Positions 14,088 to 32,905 of a DNA stretch of 64,000 nt are shown in pieces (position 1 is the stretch's first letter; every line of letters begins with the position of its first letter). The stretch lies in the NCBI RefSeq assembly GCF_009914755.1, contig NC_060925.1. One strand, 5' to 3'. Position numbers and translations under genes: made by a program. Origin of the DNA: the human T2T-CHM13v2.0 reference genome, Homo sapiens. The notes beneath the pieces were generated by a model. It was given only the letters and a program-made list of their open reading frames with translations, ran no database searches and had not been told where the DNA came from.

Positions 14088-15095
14088 ATGGGGAAAAAAC
14101 AGAACAGAAAAACTGGAAACTCTAAAAAGCAGAGCGCCTCTCCTCCTCCAAAGGAATGCAGTTCCTCAACAGCAACGGAACAAAGCTGGATGGAGAATGA
14201 CTTTGACGAGCTGAGAGAAGAAGGCTTCAGACGATCAAATTACTCTGAGCTACGGGAGGACATTCAAACCAAAGGCAAAGTTGAAAACTTTGAAAAAAAT
14301 TTAGAAGAATGTTTAACTAGAATAACCAATAGAGAGAAGTTCTTAAAGGAGCTGATGGAGCTGAAAACGAAGGCTCGAGAACTACGTGAAGAATGCAGAA
14401 GCCTCAGGAGCTGATGCGATCAACTGGAAGAAAGGGTATCAGCAATGGAAGATGAAATGAATGAAATGAAGTGAGAAGGGAAGTTTAGAGAAAAAAGAAT
14501 AAAAATAAATGAGCAAAGCCTCCAAGAAATATGGGACTATGTGAAAAGACCAAATCTACATCTGATTGGTGTACCTGAAAGTGATAGGGAGAATGGAACC
14601 AAGTTGGAAAACACTGCTGGATATTATCCAGGAGAACTTCCCCAATCTAGCAAGGCAGGCCAACATTCAGATTCAGAAAATACAGAGAATGACACAAAGA
14701 TACTCCTCGAGAAGAGCAACTCCAAGACACATAATTGTCAGATTCACCAAAGTTGAAATGAAGGGAAAAATGTAGAGGGCAGCCAGAAAGGTCGGGTTAC
14801 CCTCAAAGGGAAGCCCATCAGACTAACAGCGGATCTCTCGGCAGAAACCCTACAAGCCAGAAGAGAGTGGGGGCCAATATTCAACATTCTTAAAGAAAAT
14901 AATTTTCAACCCAGAATTTCATATCCAGCCAAACTAAGCTTCATAAGTGAAGGAGAAATAAAATACTTTACAGACAAGCAAATGCTGAGAGATTTTGTCA
15001 CCACCAGGCCTGCCTTACAAGAGCTCCTGAAGGAAGCACTAAACATGGAAAGGAACAACCGATACCAGCCGCTGCAAAATCATGCCAAAATGTAA
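14088..15095 (+). pseudogene. L1 ORF1p, disrupted
   Basis: MGKKQNRKTGNSKKQSASPPPKE...; premature TGA at 14412-14414 plus further stops and frameshifts. Confidence 0.95.
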
Positions 15096-15158
15096 ACACC
15101 GTCGAGACTAGGAAGAAACTGCATTAACTAACTAGCAAAATAACCAGCTAACATCATA

Positions 15159-18978
<3,820 letters not shown>

Positions 18979-19423
18979 ACAATGAGATCACATGGACACA
19001 GGAAGGGTAATATCACACTCTGGGGACTGTTGTGGTGTGGAAGGAGGGGGGAGGGATAGCATTGGGAGATATACCTAATGCTAGATGACGAGTTAGTGGG
19101 TGCAGCGCACCAGCATGGCACATGTATACATATGTAACTAACCTGCACAATGTGCACATGTACCCTAAAACTAAAAGTATAATAAAAAATAAAAATAAAA
19201 AATAAAAATTTTTTAAGTCATGATTTTAGGTAAATGAATGACTTACGGTGATGTGGAATTCTATTTCATAACATCAAGTGTTTAAACCTTTAATATATTT
19301 AATAGGCTTCCCAAAATCAAATTTCAACTTCAAAATTGTCTTTTCTGACCTCTAACTTTGGGATACTACAGAGACCCCTGAAGCACCCAAAAGAGAGGTA
19401 AACAGGACTATTTAACATGTTAA

Positions 19424-19827
<404 letters not shown>

Positions 19828-20131
19828 TAATTATGGTTATTAAGTTATTGTAGACCACAGAAATAACCAAATTTCCTTGTCAATTGTCTTTAACTATAAC
19901 TAAAGTCATTTCACAGTTAATTGCTTAATGGTGATGCAGTTTCTAAAAACTTCACAAGCATGCAAAATTCTAGAATATGGTGTCTCTTAGAAGATTCATG
20001 AAAGAATGAAAAGGACCCTGAAAAACACTCGTGAACACAGATTTCTAATAACTTTAATATCATGGGTAAAAATTCCCCATAAGTTCCCCGATACCCCAAG
20101 AATTGGACTGGCTAAGAATTCTCAACAGTTA

Positions 20132-20434
<303 letters not shown>

Positions 20435-21739
20435 TTAATAAAAAGTCCAACTGGTTTGTAAAACTGCTAACCCAAGTAAAACAAAAATTGTATACCAAGG
20501 AAATATTTTGTCACATTTGCATGCTAAATCACCAATATTGAAATTGTTTAGATATATAATTTAAATAAATTCCATGGTCTAAATCAAATTACCTATAACT
20601 ACTCATCAGTTACCAGTGCCTTGCACCTAATTTGGAGAAACAGCTGGTATTCAAGAGGATGTAAGTCTGATGTTAATTAAGCACAGACCTATGAAGAACC
20701 AGGATGGCCACCTTATCCTTCTTAAGTCCTAAAATCTTTTGTTATTAAAAGTTCTGCATTCCATAACTCATCACGGAAAGAGAAAATGATCCAAATTAAA
20801 TATATTGGTGTGGTGATTTCTAAACTGCTAAAATAGTTTATAACCAATGTTTGGTTTGTGAAACCTATATTCCTAGGAAAACAATCAAAACTTCAGGTAC
20901 ATTTGGTTATCTGATGGGCCATTTAAACATTTTATAAAGGGATTTCATTCAGTTTTCATTTTCAGTGCATGTTTTCTGATTGTATAAAAGCTCTTCCATG
21001 TGAGAGAGTTGATGTTAAAAGAGTAGATTATTACCCTGAAGTGTATTTTCACCAGGTAAAGAAAGCCTTTTATGGTTCACTGAGGACAGTCAAACCCTTC
21101 AAAATCTAGAATCTGATGACTGGATCTTCTGAGAATATCAGAGAAGGACTGCCCTCGCCATCCACATGACAGCAAAACTTTAAAACCTTAAACTTTGGGT
21201 TCATAGTCTCACAACTCAGAAGGGTCCCTCCACACTCGGAACCATATGCCCATTGGAACCCTTAAGGTAAAGCTAACAAGGACAGTTCCCCCCAGAAGAA
21301 GATGACATCCTTAATGTGAACAGCTTTTCCCAAGATCACAGATCAAGACTTCTCTACTATCATGAGACTCTTATCTTAAGTATCTGTGCAGCTGCTAACA
21401 CTTACAGCATGTGGAGAAAACATGGGGTATTATAAAGATTTGGTTGTAGGGAATTAACAAAAAAACCACTTAGTTAAGCAAGTAAACTCTTTATCTAATT
21501 CATTCTTTAATCTATTTGATTTTAGGTGGTTTGATTTATGGGGACCCTGAGTAAGGAGCATATACCAAATTCTTGGTGTTATCCCAATAGTCATAAGAGT
21601 CTCCCTGGTGCACTGTACTTACTCAAATGTTTTAAAAGTTTGCATGCAGCCATCTCTAAAATGTCAAATGGTATCTCTTCAACTGGAATGACAAGAGATT
21701 AAAAAAAAAATGTGCAACCATAAGGACACCGTAACCTAT

Positions 21740-23071
21740 GAGTGACATGCTAAACCAGAAACCCAAGACAATGGGAGTGACATGCTAAACCAGAAACCCA
21801 AAACAATGGGAGTGACCTGCGAAACCAGAAACCCAAACAATGGGAGTGAGGTGCTAAAACCGGAACCCAAAACAACGGGAGTGATGTGCTTAAACCGGAA
21901 CTGAAAACAATGGGAGTGACCTGCTAAACCAGAAACCTAAAACAATGGGAGTGACTTGCTAAAACTGGAACCCAAAACAATGGGAGTGACGTGCTGAAAC
22001 TGGAAACGAAAACAATGGTAGTGATGTGCTTAAACCGGAACCCAAAACAGTGGGAGTGACCTGCTAAACCAGAAATCCAAAACAATGGGAGTGATGTGCT
22101 AAAACCAGAACCCAAAACAATGGGAGTGACGTGCTAAAACCGGAAACGAAAACAATGGTAGTGATGTGCTTAAACCGGAACCCAAAACAGTGGGAGTGAC
22201 CTGCTAAACCAGAAATCCAAAACAATGGGAGTGATGTGCTAAAACCAGAACCCAAAACAATGGGAGTGACCTGCTAAAACCAGAACCCAAAACAATGGGA
22301 GTGACCTGCTAAACCAGAAACCTAAAACAATGGGAGTGACTTGCTAAAACTGGAACCCAAAACAATGGGAGTGACGTGCTAAAACCGGAAATGAAAACAA
22401 TGGGAATGATGTGCTTAAACCGGAACCCAAAACAGTGGGAGTGACCTGCTAAACCAGAAATCCAAAACAATGGGAGTGACGTGCTAAAACCGGAACCCAA
22501 AACAATGGGAGTGACATGCTAAAACCGGAACCCAAAACAATGGGAGTGATGTGCTTAAACTGGAACCCAAAACAATGGTAGTGACCTGCTAAACCAGAAA
22601 CCCAAAACAATGGGAGTGATGTGTAAAACCAGAACCCCAAAACAATGGGAGCGTCCTGCTAAACCAGAAACCCAAAACAATGAGAGTGATGTACTAAAAC
22701 CAGAAACCTAAAACAATGGGAGTGACATGATAAAACAGAAACCCAAAACAATGGGAGTGACGTGCTAAAACCTGGGAACCCAAAACAATGGGAGTGAGGT
22801 GCTAAAATCAGATACCCAAAACAATGGGAGTGACATGCTAAAACCAGATACCCAAAACAATGGGAGTGAAGTGCTAAAACCGGAACCCAAAACAATGGGA
22901 GTGACGTGCTAAACCAGAACCCAAAACAATGGGAGTGACGTGCTAAACTGGAACCCAAAACAATGGGAGTGACGTGCTAAAACCGGAACCCAAAACAATG
23001 GGAGTGAAGTGCTAAACCAGAAACCCAAAACAATGGGAATGACATGCTAAAACTGGAACCCAAAACAATGG
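21740..23071 (+). repeat. 35-bp satellite/minisatellite, ~38 copies (resembles HSAT5, from memory)
   Basis: Consensus ~GGGAGTGACGTGCTAAAACCGGAACCCAAAACAAT, head-to-tail with no spacers. Confidence 0.95.
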
Positions 23072-23137
23072 TAACTAAGAGTGATGCTAAGGCCCTACAT
23101 TTTGGTCACACTCTCAACTAAGTGAGAACTTGACTGA

Positions 23138-23438
<301 letters not shown>

Positions 23439-23818
23439 AAAAAGGAGGAATGTTTTAAGCAAAATTATGGGAGGCCATTGTTTTGAACTAAGCTCATGCA
23501 ATAGGTCCCAACAGACCAAACCAAACCAAGCCAAAATGGAGTCACTCATGCTAAATGTAACATAATCAAACTAAGACTTTAGGGAAACACATAAATCCTA
23601 GAACAAACCAGGTTTTGTTTTTCTCCTGTAAACAGGATGTTCCAGCATAAGAAGATACCTTCTACTCAAGTCCTTGTTCCACCTTTTCAAATCTCACTGG
23701 TCTATTTCCCAGTGGGTTTCTAAACCAAGTAAGTACATTTGCAATGGTAATAGTGACACCAGTGACTGAAGTTTTGGCCAATCTCTCAAAATTGAGAAAA
23801 TAACCAAAGGGAAGGCAT

Positions 23819-24216
23819 TGTTAAAGTGAACTAAGTATGGCCTGAGAAGGACTCCATAATTCTATATATGAGTCCTTGTGGATGAACTGCAACCTACCTT
23901 AATAGGTATACAAGAATGAAAAACTAACTTAAGAGTATGCACTGGAACAACAGCTACATCTTGGCCAATCCCAATGGCCAAACTTCAACCACTCAGGCAC
24001 TGCCAAATGTTCAAAATGTGTTCAAACAAGGCAAATGCTGAGTTGTTTCTGTACCCCACTTCCGATTTCGGTATGCCACTTCCCTTTTGTCTATAAATCT
24101 TCTTCCACCACATGACTGCACTGGAGTCTCTGTGAATCTGCTGTGATTCTGGGGACTGTCCGATTCATGAATCGTTTATTGCTAAATTAAACTCCTTTAA
24201 AGTTTTTCTTTTAACA
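23819..24216 (+). mobile_element. MER57-type 3' LTR
   Basis: TGTTAAAGTGAACTAAGTATGGCCTG...TTTTAACA; aligns with 9841-10317. Confidence 0.9.
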
Positions 24217-24257
24217 GAACTAACACAGAAGAATTTCCAGATCATGAACAGACGTTT

Positions 24258-24865
24258 TGTAATACCCAACCTTGTATTAACATGAATAGACTCTTCCTTA
24301 GACAGCTAACCTTGTTTTTAATATGAATAGACTCTCCCTTAGCTGAGAAAACCAGACAAACTCCATTTGGCTCCTTCATTAACAAGACATCAAGGGCTCC
24401 TTACCCACCCCCTTTCCTCAAGGACTTTAACTTGTGCAAGCTGATTTTCAACATATCAAAGCGTGCAATTAACTGATAAAGTGCTGAGACAAGAGATGTC
24501 CCCCGTTCCCAGCAATTTACTCAGAGATAGTATCATAAAGCCCCCACATTTGTCCGGCAGATAATGCCCAGAGCCCCCTCACCTATCACTTTGTGGTGAA
24601 TTTAAAGCCCCTACACCAGGAACAGTTTGTTTTCCTGTAACCATCTGTCTTTCTAAGTTTTTTGTCTGTTTTTTTTCTTCTGTAAAGTTGCTGCAGCTAG
24701 AATCCCCCCTCCCCTCTCTAAACCAAAGTATAAAAGAAAATCTTGTCCCTTCTTTGGGGCCGAGATAATTTCGTGCGTTAGCCAAGTCTCAGTCGCTGGC
24801 TAGTAAAGGACTCCTGAATTCGTCTCAATGCGTGGCATTTCTCTCTAACTCACTCGGGTAGGACA
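24258..24865 (+). mobile_element. Solo LTR, LTR6B-like (ERV1)
   Basis: TGTAATACCCAACCTTG...GGTAGGACA termini; TSD GTTT at 24254-24257 and 24866-24869; TATAAAA at ~24730. Confidence 0.75.
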
Positions 24866-25207
24866 GTTTCAACTATGGTAGAAGACTCGAGTAAGGCAAA
24901 TACAGTCCCCCTAAATTTGACAATTATTCAGGTTAATGGTGAGTTTAGAAGAAATAAGGCTACACAGAGTGGGCTAAAGTGCAAATAAACACTGGAAATA
25001 TTTCCCAGAAAATATGACTTTGAACAGGCTGCTGCACATCCTGCATGTAGAGACAAACTAAGAAAAAGTGTGGAGAGTTATTTAAGGACCTTTGGTTAAC
25101 TCAGTCCTCAAGATGTTCCGGGTTTCATCCATGAATCAAGCAGGACCTCCCAAAGGCTGTTTGGGACCACACTCTTTGAGCAAGGAGCATACATTACGAT
25201 GGAAGCT

Positions 25208-25288
25208 GTGCTTTAGCGGCAGATGACCATTTCCACTGCACAACACGCCGTGCTTTAGCGGAAGATGACCGTTTCCACTGCACAACAC
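25208..25288 (+). repeat. 42-bp tandem duplication
   Basis: GTGCTTTAGCGG(C/A)AGATGACC(A/G)TTTCCACTGCACAACAC at 25208 and 25250. Confidence 0.9.
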
Positions 25289-27599
25289 TACAAGTGTTTA
25301 CTGCCAGGCCGGTGTGAAATATGTTCCAGCACATAATCTATGTCACCAATGAAGGTGGTGGTTCAGACTTGGTGCACGCAAGCTTTCCTGTCCCACAAGA
25401 ACAAAGCATGCTCTCTTCTCGGGTTCCATTCTAATCACGTAACAAACATGACTGCCTTTTTTGTCTCGGCATCAGAAAGATCAGAGGAAAATTTGCACTC
25501 AACTTAGACAACTCTAAGCTCTTATAACCTGCCTATATTTACAGGTCAGCTTTATCTTATTTATGTATATTTCCTTCAACCTGAGTTTTACTTATTTCTA
25601 CTTTTCCTTTTTAATTCACAGACACCCATAAACTCAGAAAATACAGTGTAAAACAAAGTGAAGAACAAATAAACAACTCACCAGAGATTTATTCGTTTCT
25701 TGTTGCTCTTGGAAACACCCAGAGGACACTGGAAACATAGCTGGGATAGAAGGCAAATGACGTGGATTAAGGAGAGAACTGGTGTGGTTTGGTCCCAGAT
25801 TCTTCTGCCCAACACTCTAGACACATTACCTGGGAAAGCCCTCCTCCCTCCTGAAAAAGAAAAACTTCCCCAGGGGAGAAGAATCCTTCACGCCTCATTA
25901 GGGGCAGCAAAGACTCAAGTTAAGATAAGATACATCTACAAGTACATTAATTGGTAGACATTAGATGCACAATTTATTTTTGAATAAAAATATATATTAC
26001 TTACTAATTTAGTAACAATATTATCTAAAGATATAATCTAATAATTTAATACAAAGAAACATTATAAGTTCACTAAAATAAATGTTATAGAAATATACTG
26101 GGCTATATTAGCTATTTTCCTATTAATATGTAGATTCCACAAACAACTTCATAAGAGTGTTCCCATGACAGTACATCTTGCTTTTCTATACCTGAACATC
26201 ATGGAAAGTGCTTCTTGCAAACCAGCAATTTTGGCCTACAATTATGTTTTTAAAAATGTACATAATATGTATTTCCTGCAGTACACCATTCTACTCATGT
26301 TTCCCAATAACACCTTTCCTTCTATCCAAGCCCTCATATTATGCTCTGACAATAAATTGGGCTTTTCCATCTGACTTGTCCAGTGAATGGACAATGGAAA
26401 ATGTGATGCAAATATCCATTGGTTCTTCCCTTTTTGGGGGAAATTGTGAAGAGGTCTGGAGCTACCCTGTTGGAGACACAGGGCCTAGCCAAGAGTCACC
26501 ACAAACCACCAGATTGTGAAGGAAACTATCTTAAACCAACCAGGCTCAGTCAAGGCACCAGGTGACTAAGGCCTTTTTATGATCCTGGCAACACACATAT
26601 ATCAACTACCCAGCTGAATCCACCACACCAAAATGCAGATCCGTAGAACTTCAAACCAATAAAATGGTGGTTGTTTTTTATAAGCCAGTAAGGTTTAATT
26701 AGTTCCTTAAACAGCAAGTATTAACTGTTACACCTAAGTGAACAGAATTCACTTCTGTGTTTTTAACAAAATTACGTAGGGGGAGAAAATCTTAAATTAC
26801 AAATCAAATACAATCAATAGAACTTCGCAATCTAATGCTAAATTTGGGGATGGACTAGGTTTAATATATCTCAGACGCTGGAAAAAACGAGCTAAGGTTG
26901 AAGGAATGGGACTGTGTTTGGAGAGTATTTTAATCCTCTCAAGTATGACAGGTCACTGCTGTACCCCAGACCACACTTTCAGGCCCCTTCAAATAAGGAA
27001 TATTTCCTAAGTCCTTGCCTGTTCTTCTCAGCTGAATTCACCTCAACCTTCTGAAAGTTCGTCCAAACCTTCTACTATCACCTAGTCTTTGCAAATCTTG
27101 TGCATTCTAGGGAGTACAATTAATATTTCCTGAGCAAAGAAAACTGGGATCTTCACCTGTGACCTTTTTTCCTCCTCTGAAGCACCAGTGAGAGGTTAGA
27201 CCAGATGGCTGTTCTTTCAAGTGTGCTTCTTATTCATAGGGAACCCTCCCTTTCAAACTTTGTAACACACAGTTAAGACTGAAGTACCCTTAAGGCTGAC
27301 GACCATCATCCATTATGCCATCTCCCTCGCGGAATCAGTGAGTTCTTCCCTGGAAACTAGGTCTCGTATAAACTTCTGTAAATGCGACCCAGGAGGACTA
27401 GGCAGGTCACAGAGTGAAGGAGGGAACCAGAAACTTCACTTGCTAAAGAGACACCAGGAAACCCAACTAATACAAACGCCAAGTTTAAGACTAGAGGCGC
27501 ACGCATTTCACACTACTCCTCTGGGAATGGGGAACGTCTCCCGAGAACTGTGTGTTAGCACTGGGACAGATGGGCAAACTGAGCGTCATGCGGGTTGGT

Positions 27600-28130
27600 A
27601 ACTGGGTCCCTCAGCGGCAGGACAGGAGCGCGGCCTGCAGACTCCGGGCCCAGGGCCACCGGCCTCTCCTACCTGCTCCTGCGCCTCTAGAACCCGCTTC
27701 ACTGCCGGGACCCCAGGCCTGTCCTCCCAGCCCCCGCCAGGGTCCGCGGCCGGCACCTGCACTTCAGGCCCTGCCTGCCCGCAATGCGCCCACGCGTCTG
27801 CTCCCACAACTAGGGAACACTGGTCCGGCCCCCCGGGATCCCCTGAGGCCCACGGGTTCCTCTTCGCCCTTGCACCGACCCGCAGGGACATAGAACCAAG
27901 CCCCAAGCCGGCCCAGCTACAGGACCGCCTCTGGGTGCCGCACTTCCGGAGGAAAATGGCGGAGTGGGTCGGGCGGCGCACGCGCAGAGAGAAAAGCTGG
28001 TTCCCAAGGTCCTTGATGGTAACATCATTGGAAGGTGACACTACAATTCCCATGAGGCTTTGCGGTCCCCCGTTAGGAACCCACGCCGGACATTCTGTTT
28101 TGCCCAGCAGTTGAGTCCAGTTACCCAGAG
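27600..28130. promoter_or_regulatory. CpG-island, housekeeping-type (possibly bidirectional) promoter
   Basis: The only CpG-dense non-repeat stretch. ETS/GABP CACTTCCGG (27941), YY1 AAAATGGCGG (27953), GC box GGGCGG (27971), NRF1-like GCGCACGCGCA (27976), ZNF143/THAP11 ACTACAATTCCCA (28040). Confidence 0.85.
27673..27960 (-). ncRNA. Putative first exon of a spliced lncRNA or transcribed pseudogene
   Basis: On the minus strand, GCCATTTT (YY1/initiator-like) is followed by a GC-rich exon ending at donor GAGCAG|GTAGGA (intron starts 27672). No recognisable protein. The TSS is inferred. Confidence 0.5.
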
Positions 28131-28280
28131 ACCCGGACTTAATGTATCAGGACTGGTCCCTACCCAGGTGACACAGATGTGGCATTCTGGTTCTTTATAA
28201 ATCCTGGTTTCACAGCCTGGGACATTGTGAAAATAATGGAGAAATTTCAATAGAGGCCAATTGGTCTATGCTATGAATGA

Positions 28281-28594
<314 letters not shown>

Positions 28595-29139
28595 TCAATT
28601 CTATTTTTTATAGATGCATTTGAAAGCATGAAAAAAATCATGTCTCTATTTTACTTTAAAAATTTAAAAACACAACTAATGAATATGGTAATTCTCTTCC
28701 AATCCGTTATCTTTTCTCTCACTAAACTAATTTGTGAGCCTTCAATTTACACAGTTAGAAAATATGCTCTAGTGCATATACTAGGATAAAATAACAGGGT
28801 CATAAGACAGGTGCACTCCATAATCTTTGTGACAACTTACACTTCCAGTGTCTGATAAATATTTGCCCGTAGACTCCCACGTTTCATCCATCCATCCATT
28901 AATCAAATCTACCTATCTTTATTTATTTATTGTGAGAAAGACCTGAAATTTGCCTTTCCTTCCCTGATTTCTGCCACAAACTAGGCAAGGAGTTCTGCCT
29001 AGGGGTTTCTCAGAGCTCCGGCTACCACCGAGGTTCCTAACAGGGAAACGCAGGCTTGAATGCTCAGGGTTGATGTGGGAGTGCGTGTGAAACGGGGGTG
29101 GGTTGAAAGGGCAGTGATGTTTGTAGGTGGGCAGATGGG

Positions 29140-29555
29140 GGTGTGATGGGCTTTCATTTAAGAGGCACGCAGGAACCTGGGAGGGGCAGCGAAAGCACCT
29201 CACGCCTCAGATCACCAGAAGACGCTCCCACCAGTTCCATGACAGTTTGCCAATGCCATGGCATCACGAGAAGTCCCCACCCCTTGCCATGGAAACAGAT
29301 GGAAGTTACTGCCCATTTCTAGCTATTTCTGAATAACCCGCCCCTTAATTAGCATGCCATTAAAAGTGAATTATAAAAATGACTACAAGCCACCCCTAGG
29401 CTGCTGCTCTGGGAGCAAAACCCACGGAGGGCTCCCTGCTCTGCCGGAGTGGACGCAGGGCTGTAACACCGCCAATGCCTCCGTAGAGCTGCTTTCTTCC
29501 ACCACAGGCTTGCTTTTGGATTTCTTCCTGAGTGATGCCAAGAACATGCCCTTCC
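29140..29555 (+). mobile_element. ERV1 (MER4-group) LTR fragment, subfamily uncertain
   Basis: CCATGGAAAC..GGAAGTTAC, AATTAGCAT..TATAAAAATGAC and TTCTTCCTGAGTGATGCCAAGAAC motifs typical of MER66/LTR19-like LTRs. Confidence 0.5.
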
Positions 29556-30510
29556 TCAGTGTGACTCTTGCCTAAAACCTATCCCTGGTATTCTCTTTTC
29601 CTAAGCATGCCCTGACTTGTTCTTTCATCTCCTCTGATCTTGCAATTGGTTCTCAGTGACTCTATTCTGCAGATCCAGAAAACTCAACCTTAATCTTCCC
29701 AGAGCCCTGTTGTCTCTAATATTGGAATCTCTAGCCTTGTTTTCTCAGGCGCCTAGATTACAGGCCTCTCTCTTGAACACCTATTGGTATGGTATCTGGG
29801 GATCCTTTAAATACTTGATGATTGGCAGGGGTTAAATAGCGGAAATCAGTGCCTGACAATTCGCCTTCCAGGATATGGACTGTCATTCCCTCTCTTGGTG
29901 GGCCTCAGTCTCTTATCCATAAAAGTAGAGTATGTAATACTCATTTGAATTGCAGACACCTCAACCTGAACCCACCTAATATAATGTAAAAGCCAAGAAT
30001 GCAACCCCTTTCCTCACCCCCTGAAGGTAAAGCCCTCAGAGCCAAGGAGAGAAGGCTCAGGGATGGTATCTGGGTGTTTCCAACGCTAACCATGTATTGT
30101 AGTTTTTAGTGTTCAAGTTTAAGCTTCCCCAGCTTTAATTCTATTGTAACAAGATTTATTTTTTAATTCCATTTTTGGATTCTTGATTTCTTGGTAAAGA
30201 AATACAGTGATTTTTGTATACCAATCTTATATAGTGTTACATTCTTAAATTTGTTCATGAGTCCTAACACTTTTTAGTAAATTTCTTACGATTTTCTAAA
30301 TGCAAGATCATGTCATCTGTACATAAAGATAACTGTACTTCTTCCTTTCCAATCTAGATGCTGTCTATTTATTTACATTGCCAACTTGTCCCAGCTACCA
30401 CTGTTATCAAGTAAAAGGGTCTCACTGTCCAAAGCACAAGAAGCCGGTACAATGACACTGAGTTTTCGAGAAAAGAAAAAGTTTAAAGTCAAACCAAAAC
30501 CTAGGGTACA

Positions 30511-30811
<301 letters not shown>

Positions 30812-31237
30812 CTATGGGATACAATAAAAACAGTACTACAGTACTAAGAGGTAAGTTTATAGAAAAAAGCACCTACATCAAAAAAAGTAGAAAAGCTTCA
30901 AATAAACAACCTAATAATGCATCTTAAATAATTAGAAAAGCAAGAGCAAACCAAAACCAAAATTAGTAGAAGGAAACATAGCAAAGATCGGAGCAGAAAT
31001 AAATGAAATTGAAATTTAAAAATATAAAATATCAATGAAATGAAAAGTTAATATTTTTAAAAGACCAACAAAATCAACAAACACTTAACCAGACTAAGAA
31101 AAAAGAGAGAAGATTCAAATACATAAAACCAGAGATTAAAAAGGAGACACTATAACTGATACTGTGGAAATTCAAAGAATCATTAGAAACTATTATGACC
31201 GACTATATTCCAATAAATTGAAAAACCTGGAAGAAAT

Positions 31238-31529
<292 letters not shown>

Positions 31530-32905
31530 CTAGAAGAAATGGATAAATGAAATTGAAGCCATAATAAAACATCTCCTAGCAAATAAAAGCCTGGATTCAA
31601 TGGCTTCACTGGCTTCACTGATTAATTTTACCAAACATTGAAGGCAGAATTACTATCAATCCTACTCAAACTATTCCAAAAAACAGAGAAGCCTGTAGTA
31701 TTTCCAAACTCATCCTATGAAAAAGACCATTCATCATGTCTAAGTGAGATTTATCCCAAGGATGCCAATATGGTTCAACGTATGCAAATCAATCAATGTG
31801 ACACATCATATCAACAGAACGAAGGACAAAAACCATATGATAATTTCAATTGATGCTGAAAAGCATTTAATAAAATTCAACATCCCTGTGATAAAAAGAA
31901 ACCCTCAAAAAAAACTAGATATAGAAGGAACATACCACAACACAATAAAAACCATATGCAACAGACACACAGCCAGTATCATCCTGAACAGGGAAAAGCT
32001 GAAAGCCTTTCTTCTAAGATCTGGAACAAGACAAGAATGTCCACTTCCAACACTGTTACTCAACATAGTACTAGAAGTCCTAGCTAGAGCAATTCAGACA
32101 AGAGAAAAACAATAAAAGGGATCCAAATTGGAAAGAAGTAAAATTATTACTGTTTTCTTGTTTGCAGATGATTAGCTCTTATATTTGGAAAAACCTAAGG
32201 ACTCCACCAAAAAACTATTAGAACTGATCAACAAATTCAGAGTCACAGCATACAAAATCAAACTACAAAAGTCAGTAGCATTTCTAAATGACAAAAATGA
32301 ACAATCTAAAGAAGAAAATCAAGAATGTAATCCCATTTACAATAGCTACAAATAAAATAAAATAACTGGGAATAAACATAACAGAAGAAGTGAAAGATCT
32401 CTACAATGGAAACTATAAAACATAAATGCAAAAAAATTAAAGAGGACACCAAAAAAAAAAAAAAAATGGAAAGATAGTCCATGTTCATTTATTGGAAGAG
32501 TAAATATTGTTAAAATACCCATACTTCACAAAGCAATCTACAGATTCAATGCAATCCCTATTGAAATACTAATAACTCTCTTCACAGAAATAGAAAAAAA
32601 ATCCTAAAATTTATATGAAACCATAAAAGACCCAGAATACCAAAAGCCATCCTGAGCAAAAAGAACAAAACTGGAAGAATCACATCACCTGACTTTAAAT
32701 TATAGTACAGAGCAATTATAAACAAAACAGCATGGTACTGGCATAAAACAGACTCATAGACTAATGGAACAGAATAGAGAACCCAGAAATAAATCCATAC
32801 ATTTACAATTAACTCATTTTCAATGAAGGTGCCAAGAATATACATGGGGGAGAGGACAGTCTCTTCAACAAATTGTGCTGGGAAAACTAGATATTCATTG
32901 GCAGA

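Noticed and set aside
21740-23071. CRISPR-like array (35-bp periodicity)
   Set aside because: Units are head-to-tail with no unique spacers, there are no cas genes, and the DNA is primate. The repeated 63-aa ORFs are just translations of the satellite.
27552-28053. 155-aa and 113-aa ORFs over the CpG island
   Set aside because: Stop-poor GC-rich sequence; the 155-aa frame starts upstream of the inferred TSS and runs through the splice donor; no recognisable homology.
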